This document shows positions 1 through 7,469 of a stretch of 32,000 bases of DNA, one piece after another. The stretch spans positions 2,556,437 through 2,588,436 of the forward strand of contig NZ_CP007202.1 in NCBI RefSeq assembly GCF_000941055.1, read 5' to 3'. This DNA comes from Siansivirga zeaxanthinifaciens CC-SAMT-1. GTDB taxonomy: Bacteria; Bacteroidota; Bacteroidia; Flavobacteriales; Flavobacteriaceae. Position 1 is the first letter of the stretch. Every line of letters starts with the position of its first letter. Position numbers and translations under genes: made by a program. The notes under the pieces were generated by a model. It saw nothing but the letters and a program-made list of their open reading frames with translations, was not told the DNA's origin and searched no databases.

Positions 1-205
1 TAACCGATTGATTCCAGGCTACCGGTTTAATTTGTTCTTTAATATCTTGATTTTTAATAACAATAATTTCAAAAGGTTGCAACCCGCTTGATGTTGGTGC
101 TAAACGAGCAGCCTCTAAAATGCGCTCAATTTTATCTTCGGCAACTTTTTCACCATTCATCGCTTTTACAGCGTATCTCCAGTTTAATTTATCTAATAAT
201 TCCAT
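1..205 (-). CDS. Nitroreductase-family NAD(P)H oxidoreductase; only the N-terminal 68 codons are present because the 3' end runs off the window
   Basis: This ORF is not in the ORF track. The reverse complement from ATG at 205..203 reads MELLDKLNWRYAVKAMNGEKVAEDKIERILEAARLAPTSSGLQPFEIIVIKNQDIKEQIKPVAWNQSV and stays open to position 1. The RYAVKAM...LAPTSSGLQPF pattern is typical of nitroreductase-fold N-termini. Confidence 0.7.
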   Translation of the reverse strand, partial: MELLDKLNWRYAVKAMNGEKVAEDKIERILEAARLAPTSSGLQPFEIIVIKNQDIKEQIKPVAWNQSV

Positions 206-219
206 TTTTAAAATTTGTT

Positions 220-885
220 TTATTTATTATTTGCAATTTTTTTTATTTCTGTTGAAGTAATAATGACTTCGGCATGACTTGTATTATTCGCCAATTGTAT
301 CATCGCTTCGGCGATATCTTCGGCTTCGGTAATTTTATATTTTTTTAAAGGCCCAATGAATAAGGGTTGAATGACTTTAAACACTAGTAAGCCTATTTTT
401 TCTAGAATTCGTGTTTCGTCGCGATGGCCTCCAATTAATGAAGGTCTCAAAATATAGGTATTGTTTACATTTTGTTGAATCACATCGCGCTCCATAACAC
501 CTTTAATTTTATTGTAAAACAGACTACTATTGGCATTGGCACCCATAGCCGAGATTACTAAAAACGTGGGGATATTATTTTCTTTAGACAGTTTGGCCGC
601 CGAAACAGGAATACCATAATCTATTTGTTTATAAAGAGTTTTATCTGGTGTTTTCTTGGTGGTTGTACCAATACAACAATACACTTCGTCTGCCGTGAAA
701 TTGGCTCTAAATTGTTCTAAATCCAATAAATCGCCTATATATTGTTTAACCTTATTGGATATATTATCTATTCGCGATCTGGAAATTAATTTGATGGTTT
801 CGTATCGTTCGTCGTTAATTAATTTATCTAGTAAAATACTTCCGGTTAAGCCTGATGCGCCTAAAATTATGGCTGTTTTTTTCAT
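220..885 (-). CDS. NAD(P)H-binding Rossmann-fold oxidoreductase (atypical SDR / YraR-like)
   Basis: 221-aa ORF. The N-terminus has a glycine-rich dinucleotide-binding motif (AIILGASGLTGSILLDKL). It lies 1 nt downstream of the TetR gene and 14 nt upstream of the nitroreductase ORF on the same strand, which suggests one operon. Confidence 0.75.
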   Translation of the reverse strand: MKKTAIILGASGLTGSILLDKLINDERYETIKLISRSRIDNISNKVKQYIGDLLDLEQFRANFTADEVYCCIGTTTKKTPDKTLYKQIDYGIPVSAAKLSKENNIPTFLVISAMGANANSSLFYNKIKGVMERDVIQQNVNNTYILRPSLIGGHRDETRILEKIGLLVFKVIQPLFIGPLKKYKITEAEDIAEAMIQLANNTSHAEVIITSTEIKKIANNK

Positions 886-886
886 T

Positions 887-1471
887 TTAATTATTAACTT
901 TTATACTGCTCCAGGCCGCTTGAAAAGCCTCATCTAAATGAGTGTCATTTAAATTAAAAGAACCTCTTTTTTGCATAATCATTAAAAACGACAAAGGATT
1001 AATCGCATAGGCATAAAGAAGATAATCTGATATTGGTTTTATTATACCTTCCTTTTTACCACGCTCCCAAAGGTCGAGTAGGGGTTGTAAATGCTTAATT
1101 CCTTCCTGTCTGCTTGGTTCATCAATCATGGGTGTATTATCACATTGTGCTAAAAACATGGCGTTTTCACAATCGTTCAATTTAAAATCGGCTATTCGAT
1201 ACCATATTATTTTAAACCCTTCTTTAACCGACATCGATGCATTATAAGTAGCAAAGGCATATTTGGTGTATTCTTCTTTAACTTCTATATAAGTTTTGTT
1301 TACTAAATCTTGTTTATTTTCAAAATACAGATAAATAGTCGCAGGCGATACATTAGCCATTTTTGCAATTTTACTCATAGGTGTTGCATGGAAACCGTTG
1401 TTGTTAACCAACTCGATGGTTGCCTTTACAAGTGCATTTCGTTTGTCTATACTCTTTTGAAGTTTTACCAT
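887..1471 (-). CDS. TetR/AcrR-family transcriptional regulator
   Basis: The N-terminal helix-turn-helix region (RNALVKATIELVNNNGFHATPMSKIAKMANVSPATIYLYFENKQDL) is a classic TetR_N domain. The ORF-track start at 1492 is a TTG codon (plus-strand caa at 1490..1492). The first ATG, giving MVKLQKS, is at 1471, so I prefer that start. Confidence 0.85.
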   Translation of the reverse strand: MVKLQKSIDKRNALVKATIELVNNNGFHATPMSKIAKMANVSPATIYLYFENKQDLVNKTYIEVKEEYTKYAFATYNASMSVKEGFKIIWYRIADFKLNDCENAMFLAQCDNTPMIDEPSRQEGIKHLQPLLDLWERGKKEGIIKPISDYLLYAYAINPLSFLMIMQKRGSFNLNDTHLDEAFQAAWSSIKVNN

Positions 1472-1499
1472 TTTCAATGAATTATGATACAAAGATATT

Positions 1500-1526
1500 A
1501 AAAAAGTGAATGTTCATTCTTTTTTT
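1500..1526. promoter_or_regulatory. A/T-flanked palindrome AAAAAAGTGAATG-TT-CATTCTTTTTTT in the divergent TetR/csp promoter region; candidate TetR operator
   Basis: GAATG (1508..1512) and CATTC (1515..1519) are exact reverse complements, flanked by an A6 run and a T7 run. The site lies 29 nt upstream of the preferred TetR start. Confidence 0.35.
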
Positions 1527-1613
1527 AACAAACATTTAATTGTTGTCATTCAAATAAAAATATGATACCTATTGTGGTAAATATGGTATTATTAAAAATT
1601 AAAATAGATTACC

Positions 1614-1806
1614 ATGAGTAAAATAACAGTAAAAATTCTTCAATGACGCTAAAGGTTTTGAATTCATAATAGAAGAAGGTTCAAACAAAGAACATTTTGT
1701 GCACATTTCGGGACTAATTGACGAAATTCGTGAGGGTGATGTTGTTGAATTTGATCTGCAAGAAGGTAGTAAAGGATTAAATGCCGTAAACGTAAAAGTT
1801 TTATAA
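1614..1806 (+). pseudogene. Cold-shock protein (CspA family) gene interrupted by a 1-nt frameshift in an A5 run
   Basis: The ATG at 1614 reads MSKITVKILQ and then hits TGA at 1644..1646. The +1 frame from 1633 reads KFFNDAKGFEFIIEEGSNKEHFVHISGLIDEIREGDVVEFDLQEGSKGLNAVNVKVL and ends at TAA 1804..1806. This is a complete cold-shock domain with the KGFGF-like RNP1 motif. Removing one A from the run at 1631..1635 restores MSKITVKFFNDAKGF... Confidence 0.8.
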
Positions 1807-1826
1807 CATATACCATCATTTTTACC

Positions 1827-1862
1827 AAAAGCCTATCCTAAACATTCGTATAGGCTTTTTTT
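1827..1862 (+). terminator. Rho-independent terminator downstream of the csp gene
   Basis: AAAAGCCTAT (1827..1836) pairs with ATAGGCTTTT (1850..1859), and a T-run follows. Confidence 0.7.
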
Positions 1863-1910
1863 ATGTGCGAATACTTCAAAGGTAAACTTATAAAACCCGT
1901 TAAACTCAAC

Positions 1911-1918
1911 TATATTTG
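1911..1918 (+). promoter_or_regulatory. Bacteroidota-type -7 promoter box TATATTTG (TAnnTTTG) upstream of the helicase gene
   Basis: Exact match to TAnnTTTG, 57 nt upstream of the ATG at 1975. I saw no clear -33 TTTG element. Confidence 0.4.
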
Positions 1919-1974
1919 TTGTAAATAATTTTCCAACGGCTCATAATTACCAGTCGTTAAAAGAAACAAACCAC

Positions 1975-3285
1975 ATGGCGCAATATATAAAAGCACAGCA
2001 AGCTATTTTAGATAAACTAAATATTAAAGCACTTAACCCAATGCAGGAAGATGCTTTGGTAGCCATTACTAATAGCGATAATACGGTGTTACTTTCGCCA
2101 ACTGGAACAGGTAAAACCTTAGCTTTTTTATTACCAACTATAGCCACTTTAAATCCTGATATCGAACACATACAACTGCTTATTTTAGTGCCATCACGCG
2201 AGTTGGCTATTCAAATAGAACAAGTGATTCGCAACATGGGTACAGGTTTTAAAGCGAATGCTGTTTATGGCGGCAGGCCTTTTTCTAAAGATAAAATAGA
2301 ATTGGCGCATCCACCAGCCATTTTAATTGGAACACCCGGGCGTATTGCCGACCATTTACGTCGTGATACTTTTTTAGTTGAAGCTATGGAAACGCTGATT
2401 TTAGACGAATTCGATAAATCGTTAGAAGTTGGTTTCGAAAAAGAAATGCGCGAGATTATAACGTTGTTACCAAACATTAAAAAACGCATTTTAACCTCGG
2501 CGACTCAAGATATGGAAATACCAGCTTTTGTTGGCTTGCAAAATGCCTTGGAGATTAACTATTTAGATGCCAAAATTTCTAATTTATTTATAAAAAGGGT
2601 GGTGGCACCCGAAAAAAACAAGTTACAAACACTGGGCGATTTACTGCATCATATAGGCAATAAACCCGGAATTATTTTCTGTAATTTTAAAGATACTATT
2701 CAATTTGTGAGCGATTTTTTAAATGAAAATGGCATTGCACACGGTTGTTTTCATGGCGGTATGGAGCAAATAGATCGCGAACGCGCTTTAATTAAGTTTA
2801 GAAACGGGACGCATCAAATTATTATAGCAACCGATTTGGCTGCCCGCGGATTGGATATTCCAGAACTTAACTACATTATTCATTATCAATTACCATTAAA
2901 AGGCGAGGAGTTTACCCATAGAAACGGCCGAACAGCCCGCATGAATGCCGAAGGAACTGCCTATGTTTTACAATGGGAAAAAGAATATTTACCCGATTTT
3001 ATTACCACAAAACATATTGAAAAACTAGAACCTAAAGCGGTAGCAATGCATTCGCCTTGGGCCACTATATTTATTTCAGGCGGTAGAAAAGATAAAATTT
3101 CTAAAGGCGATATTGCTGGTGTTCTTATAAAACAATGTGGATTAGAACCACATGAAATTGGCGTTATCGAACTTAAACAAGACTGTGCGTTTGTTGCCGT
3201 TCCTAAAGAGAAAGTAAAAAGCATTGAAGCTAAAACCAATAATACACGTTTAAAGAAGAAAAAAGTTCGGGTGTATTTGGTTTAA
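1975..3285 (+). CDS. DEAD-box ATP-dependent RNA helicase with a C-terminal DbpA-type RNA-binding domain
   Basis: Helicase motifs are visible: Q motif LNPMQEDA, motif I SPTGTGKT, Ia PSRELA, Ib TPGR, II DEFD, III SAT, V ATDLAARGLD and VI HRNGRTAR. The C-terminal segment ISGGRKDKISKGDIAGVL...AFVAVPKE resembles the DbpA RNA-binding domain. Confidence 0.9.
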   Translation: MAQYIKAQQAILDKLNIKALNPMQEDALVAITNSDNTVLLSPTGTGKTLAFLLPTIATLNPDIEHIQLLILVPSRELAIQIEQVIRNMGTGFKANAVYGGRPFSKDKIELAHPPAILIGTPGRIADHLRRDTFLVEAMETLILDEFDKSLEVGFEKEMREIITLLPNIKKRILTSATQDMEIPAFVGLQNALEINYLDAKISNLFIKRVVAPEKNKLQTLGDLLHHIGNKPGIIFCNFKDTIQFVSDFLNENGIAHGCFHGGMEQIDRERALIKFRNGTHQIIIATDLAARGLDIPELNYIIHYQLPLKGEEFTHRNGRTARMNAEGTAYVLQWEKEYLPDFITTKHIEKLEPKAVAMHSPWATIFISGGRKDKISKGDIAGVLIKQCGLEPHEIGVIELKQDCAFVAVPKEKVKSIEAKTNNTRLKKKKVRVYLV

Positions 3286-3491
3286 TCAGTAAAAAAAACG
3301 GCTTCAAAAACAATGTAAACAAACCCAATTTTCAGCGAATAAAAAGTGTTAATTTAATACATTAAAGTGCCTTCATATACGACGCATTTACGGGGCAAAT
3401 ACACAGCATCTAACTGAGAGTTTTTAATAGTTTTAAATCCACGTTTTAGTAATCTAAAAATAGAAAAACTTTCTGCTTCTAAAAAAAATAA

Positions 3492-3522
3492 AAAAGCTAC
3501 CAATTTTTAACTGGTAGCTTTT
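3492..3522. terminator. Bidirectional intrinsic terminator between the convergent helicase and fasciclin genes
   Basis: AAAAGCTACCA (3492..3502) pairs with TGGTAGCTTTT (3512..3522) around a 9-nt loop. A/T runs on both sides give a U-tail in either orientation. It lies 25 nt past the fasciclin stop. Confidence 0.75.
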
Positions 3523-3546
3523 AGATTAAAGTTTGTATTAACTAAA

Positions 3547-4170
3547 TTATTCAATAGGGAGAATCACGGTATCAATTATATGAATGATACCATTAGAGGC
3601 AGAAATATCGGCTGTTTCAATATTTGCTGAGTTTCCAACGGCCATGATAGATAAATCGGGGTAAACATCAAAAGTAGCACCTAATAACGTTTCAATGGTA
3701 CGCATGCCATTTTTAGGCACTACGCTGTTAGACGCTCTACGACCGGTAGTTACGTGATACTGAAGTACACTTAATACTAAGCTAGCATCTAAGTCTATAA
3801 TACTAGAAATTTTTAAAGCTTCATATAAATTCATGAAAGCCATATCGGTTGGAGCAAATACAGTAAATTGGTCTGTACCATTTAGGAAAAGATTTACTAA
3901 ACCGGCATCTAATTCTTCATCAACATATTCAAGAGCTTTTACAAGTTCATTAAATTGAGCATTTATTGCAATAGCAGCAATAGGATCGGAACCCTTTTTA
4001 GGAGCTCCTTTTGCTGTGCTACTTCCAGATGATTCACTAATAAGCTCGTAAATAGACGCATCACCATAATCTTCTATAGGCGACATACCTTCGTTGCTAC
4101 AAGAGGTAATAAATAAAACTAAGGTTAAAAAACAAATGATTTGGGGGATTTTAGTGTTCAATCGTTTCAT
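3547..4170 (-). CDS. Fasciclin (FAS1) domain lipoprotein
   Basis: Signal peptide with lipobox (LVLFITSCSNEG). FAS1 signatures are present: FTVFAPTDMAF and NGIIHIIDTVILP. Confidence 0.85.
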   Translation of the reverse strand: MKRLNTKIPQIICFLTLVLFITSCSNEGMSPIEDYGDASIYELISESSGSSTAKGAPKKGSDPIAAIAINAQFNELVKALEYVDEELDAGLVNLFLNGTDQFTVFAPTDMAFMNLYEALKISSIIDLDASLVLSVLQYHVTTGRRASNSVVPKNGMRTIETLLGATFDVYPDLSIMAVGNSANIETADISASNGIIHIIDTVILPIE

Positions 4171-4383
4171 ATCTTATATGTTTTTAGTTATATTGTAAAG
4201 ATAATCATAAACTTATGTTTGTTTAATCTTTTTAACAAAAAATTAAACAAAATATTTATTAATGAGTTTGAGAACGTTTAAAAAACGTAAAAATCCTTTT
4301 TATAAACGAATTTAAATGTCCGAAATTATCTTTAAAGGATTAAATAGGACTTTGCCTTGGTGGACAAATACTAAGTTTAATAT

Positions 4384-5703
4384 ATGTTTAATTTAATACT
4401 CAAAATTATGACCATTTACTTAAACAATCCCGAAGCCCTTTATCAGTTTTTTTATCTATTAGCTTTTGTTTTTTTATATTCAGTAATAATCATTGCTAGT
4501 ATAAAGCGTGGTTATCATTTACGGTCGGTATTATTAATGCTTACAACTATAACGCTTTTTACTGTTGTAGGTTCCAGACTCTTTACAATCTCTATAGAAG
4601 ACTGGTTTACGGCCTTAAACTCGAGTTTTGAGAACTATAACAACAGGTCGTCTGTTGGCGGGTTGATATTTGGTTTGTTGGCACTCTATATATCGCAACG
4701 TATTTTTAGGTTTAAACGCCCTATGTTAGAGCTATTTGCATGGTCTGCGCCCATTGCTATAGGTATTACCAAATTGGGTTGTTTATTTAATGGTTGTTGT
4801 TATGGTTTGCCTTTTAATGGCTTTTGGGGAATTCAATATGCTCCAGGAACACATGCGCATTACAATGAATGGTTTTTAGGGTCTATAGAAAAGGATGCTC
4901 TGCTTTCGTTATCACTTCACCCGGTTCAATTATATGATTGTCTTAGCATGATTGTTTTGGGCTACATTGTGTGGAAAACACGAAAATTGTGGAAAAAGAA
5001 TTTCAGTGCTATAATATTTGCCTTGTTTTTATTCTTTATTATTCGTTTTGGTGTTGAATTTTTTAGAGACCATAATTTATCATCATTCAGTACTCAGTTT
5101 TATTGGGGTGTTTGGTCTTATCAATGGGTTATGTTAGGCGTTGCTATGCTTCTGCTATTAGCATTATGGTATTACGAAAAAGTATTAAAAACAGATATAG
5201 TAAAGGGGGATCAAAACTCACCAATTATTCACGCCGAATTTACATATATCACTATACTATCTGTTCTTGTTTACGCTTTAAATAATTTATTAATGCCTTA
5301 TGAACTTCTGGTAATCTGGATATTATTTATTCCGGCTATTATTCTAACTTTTTATTTTGTGTTTACCGAGAGCAGATTACACAAGCATCGAAGCCTTGTT
5401 AGTATATTACTGCTAACTCCTTTTTATGTTTTGGCACAAACAATTCCCGATCAAACTCCTAAAATTAAACAATACAATCGTATCGATTTAGGTGCTTCGT
5501 TTGGATCGTTTGCCAATGAATTTAAATATAATCCACAGGAAGCAGAAAACGCATGTGGTACAGGTACGAATTATTCCTATGAGTATTTTAAACAGGTATA
5601 TCAATTAGCAGGGCAGGGTATTCCCAAGTTTATGTTAAAGATAATAATACCAAAACTTTTGGAATTAATGTCTCGGGAGGTACTGTTAAAAGCACCAGTT
5701 TAA
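4384..5703 (+). CDS. Prolipoprotein diacylglyceryl transferase (Lgt)-family polytopic membrane protein; the 3' end is probably frameshifted into the next ORF
   Basis: Multiple hydrophobic helices and a GCLFNGCCYG motif, as seen in Bacteroidota Lgt-like proteins. The last roughly 30 residues (GIPKFMLKIIIPKLLELMSREVLLKAPV) look like out-of-frame translation. Confidence 0.6.
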   Translation: MFNLILKIMTIYLNNPEALYQFFYLLAFVFLYSVIIIASIKRGYHLRSVLLMLTTITLFTVVGSRLFTISIEDWFTALNSSFENYNNRSSVGGLIFGLLALYISQRIFRFKRPMLELFAWSAPIAIGITKLGCLFNGCCYGLPFNGFWGIQYAPGTHAHYNEWFLGSIEKDALLSLSLHPVQLYDCLSMIVLGYIVWKTRKLWKKNFSAIIFALFLFFIIRFGVEFFRDHNLSSFSTQFYWGVWSYQWVMLGVAMLLLLALWYYEKVLKTDIVKGDQNSPIIHAEFTYITILSVLVYALNNLLMPYELLVIWILFIPAIILTFYFVFTESRLHKHRSLVSILLLTPFYVLAQTIPDQTPKIKQYNRIDLGASFGSFANEFKYNPQEAENACGTGTNYSYEYFKQVYQLAGQGIPKFMLKIIIPKLLELMSREVLLKAPV

Positions 5704-5750
5704 CAACAAATAATACAGAATCTGATTTTACATTTGCTTTAAATCCTTAC

Positions 5751-6203
5751 ATGAAATGGGATAGCAAATGGGTTGGTATTGGAACAGGTTTTCAATTAGG
5801 TAACTTACTTGTTAATAAAGACCTAACTTTAGATATTACGACTATTGAAGATGCTCAAAAAAAATATATATTTTTACCTGAGTTTCATTTTAGGTTAGGA
5901 CAAAAAAAATACATTGATATTGATTACAATTATGGTTTTATAATGCCTTCTGCTTATCCTACACTATATTCAAGATCAAGTATAGGAAGTGGTTTTGGAT
6001 TGAGTGATAACTATAGCCTTAGATTGGGAAGGATATGGAATTTGGAAACTAATTACATTGCAGCCGAGGCTTTAATTGCCAAAAATTTGGGCATTAATAT
6101 GATGTATGTGTTAAAAGAAGATAAATTTCAGTTTCAAAAAGACAACTCGTCTGGAAAACTTATTTTATCACTAAACTATCGTTTTGGGTATAAATCGAAT
6201 TAG
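5751..6203 (+). CDS. Beta-strand-rich segment, probably the C-terminal continuation of the preceding Lgt-like gene rather than an independent gene
   Basis: This frame is already open from 5592 and reads TGISISRAGYSQVYVKDNNTKTFGINVSGGTVKSTSLTTNNTESDFTFALNPYMKWDSKW... It has an alternating beta-strand pattern and ends LSLNYRFGYKSN. There is no convincing independent start context. Confidence 0.5.
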   Translation: MKWDSKWVGIGTGFQLGNLLVNKDLTLDITTIEDAQKKYIFLPEFHFRLGQKKYIDIDYNYGFIMPSAYPTLYSRSSIGSGFGLSDNYSLRLGRIWNLETNYIAAEALIAKNLGINMMYVLKEDKFQFQKDNSSGKLILSLNYRFGYKSN

Positions 6204-6251
6204 TTTTATTATTAAATATTAGCTAGTTTACTGTTAAATTAATTTTTACAT

Positions 6252-6851
6252 ATGAATATACCTAAAACACTCATATTATTCCGGTTATTATTGGCTCCTA
6301 CAATTTTAATATTAGCTTATTTTATTGGAGAAAATGCTAAAATGTTAATTGTTATTTTGATGTATTTGGGTCTTATTTCAGACATATTAGACGGTATTAT
6401 TGCAAGAAAACAAAATATATCTTCAGAACAATTAAGACGTATGGACAGTCAAACTGATATGATTTTTTGGTTATCAATTGGTTTTGCTACCTGGTTTTTA
6501 TATCCTGAACTTATAGCAAGAAATTCTGTGTTTATCTGGACCATACTCGCCATGGAACTCGCATGTTATGTAATAAGCTTATTAAAATTTAAAAAAGAAA
6601 CCTGCACGCACGCCTTTCTATCTAAACTTTGGGGTATCTCGTTACTTGTAGCTTTTACCTCTTTAATAGGTTTTAACCATGCAGGAATCCCTTTTAATGT
6701 TGCTATTGTTATGGGGCTTATTTCACATATCGATAGAATATTAATAACACTTATACTGCCAAAATGGACTCACGATATTCCTAGTACATACCATGCGTAT
6801 TTAATAAGAAAAGGCATCAAGTTTAAAAGGAATACTTATTTGAATGGTTGA
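6252..6851 (+). CDS. CDP-alcohol phosphatidyltransferase family membrane protein
   Basis: The family motif D-x2-DG-x2-AR is visible in LISDILDGIIARKQN, and several transmembrane helices are present. Confidence 0.8.
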   Translation: MNIPKTLILFRLLLAPTILILAYFIGENAKMLIVILMYLGLISDILDGIIARKQNISSEQLRRMDSQTDMIFWLSIGFATWFLYPELIARNSVFIWTILAMELACYVISLLKFKKETCTHAFLSKLWGISLLVAFTSLIGFNHAGIPFNVAIVMGLISHIDRILITLILPKWTHDIPSTYHAYLIRKGIKFKRNTYLNG

Positions 6852-6904
6852 GAATTGATTTAGTTTATGTTATAAATGAGTTATTCATTAATCTTTTAAA
6901 AACA

Positions 6905-6912
6905 TAATTTTG
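6905..6912 (+). promoter_or_regulatory. Candidate -7 promoter box TAATTTTG at the 5' end of the long susC upstream region
   Basis: This is the only exact TAnnTTTG match I found between 6852 and 7469. If used, it implies a leader of roughly 550 nt. Confidence 0.3.
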
Positions 6913-7158
6913 CAAATTACATTTTATTTGGTAAAAGTATATGAGGTTATTGTAATGCCTGTTTATATTAATTATTTTTAAGAAAATTAAATCTTGCTTT
7001 GATGAATTGTTAGTAAATATCTTATTATGCAGAATAAAAAACATCTAAATCGGTTTTTTTATAAAAATAATTGACATTTTTCACAATTATATTATTTTTT
7101 TTATATATTTACATATCTAATCTTTAAAATAAGGTCAATTGTTTTTAATTTTAAATAC

Positions 7159-7218
7159 TTCTATTGCAGATTGTAAACCACTTACCCTAAGAGGTTTACA
7201 GCCTATATTTAACAATTG
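7159..7218 (+). repeat. Copy A of a roughly 60-nt direct repeat in the susC leader
   Basis: TTCTAT-N6-ATTGTAAA-N10-TAAGAGGT-...-CCTAT-...-CAATTG. It contains an 8-bp hairpin, TGTAAACC (7172..7179) with GGTTTACA (7193..7200). By hand alignment, 43 of 57 aligned positions match copy B. Confidence 0.7.
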
Positions 7219-7310
7219 AGAATCTTTATTCATTATTACCTTTCTATACCATAAACCTTTATTATTCTATTTTTTAACTTTAGAACTATGTGTTTTAAGA
7301 GTTTGTATTA

Positions 7311-7367
7311 TTCTATCTTTAATTGTAAATCTCTAACATTAAGAGGTCTTCAACCTATCTTCAATTG
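7311..7367 (+). repeat. Copy B of the susC-leader direct repeat, offset 152 bp from copy A
   Basis: It has the same conserved blocks as copy A (TTCTAT, ATTGTAAA, TAAGAGGT, CCTAT, CAATTG) with the same 18-nt spacing between ATTGTAAA and TAAGAGGT. Confidence 0.7.
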
Positions 7368-7437
7368 TTGAAAATATAATTTTCAATCGAACTGTTTCAT
7401 GGTAAAAATCCTTTTACCATAATATGCTTTTTATTTT
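7368..7437 (+). promoter_or_regulatory. Two consecutive perfect hairpins just upstream of the susC start; the second is terminator-like
   Basis: First hairpin: TTGAAAAT (7368..7375) with ATTTTCAA (7379..7386). Second hairpin: ATGGTAAAA (7399..7407) with TTTTACCAT (7412..7420), loop ATCC, followed by AATATGCTTTTTATTTT. It ends 33 nt before the ATG at 7470. Confidence 0.5.
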
Positions 7438-7469
7438 AAATTATTTAACTAACTCAAAAAAAATTATTT

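Noticed and set aside
1472-1492. Upstream extension of the TetR ORF (MYHNSLK)
   Set aside because: The track start corresponds to a TTG codon. An ATG seven codons downstream gives a normal TetR N-terminus, so the extension is not needed.
3286-3491. Roughly 200 nt of non-coding sequence after the helicase stop as a possible small RNA or small ORF
   Set aside because: I found no convincing ORF, no conserved-looking structure and no repeat. It is probably just a 3' UTR or spacer leading to the shared terminator.
7071-7093. Sigma-70-like TTGACA with a downstream TATATT as the susC promoter
   Set aside because: The spacing between TTGACA (7071..7076) and TATATT (7088..7093) is only 11 nt. In addition, Bacteroidota housekeeping promoters do not use the -35/-10 consensus.
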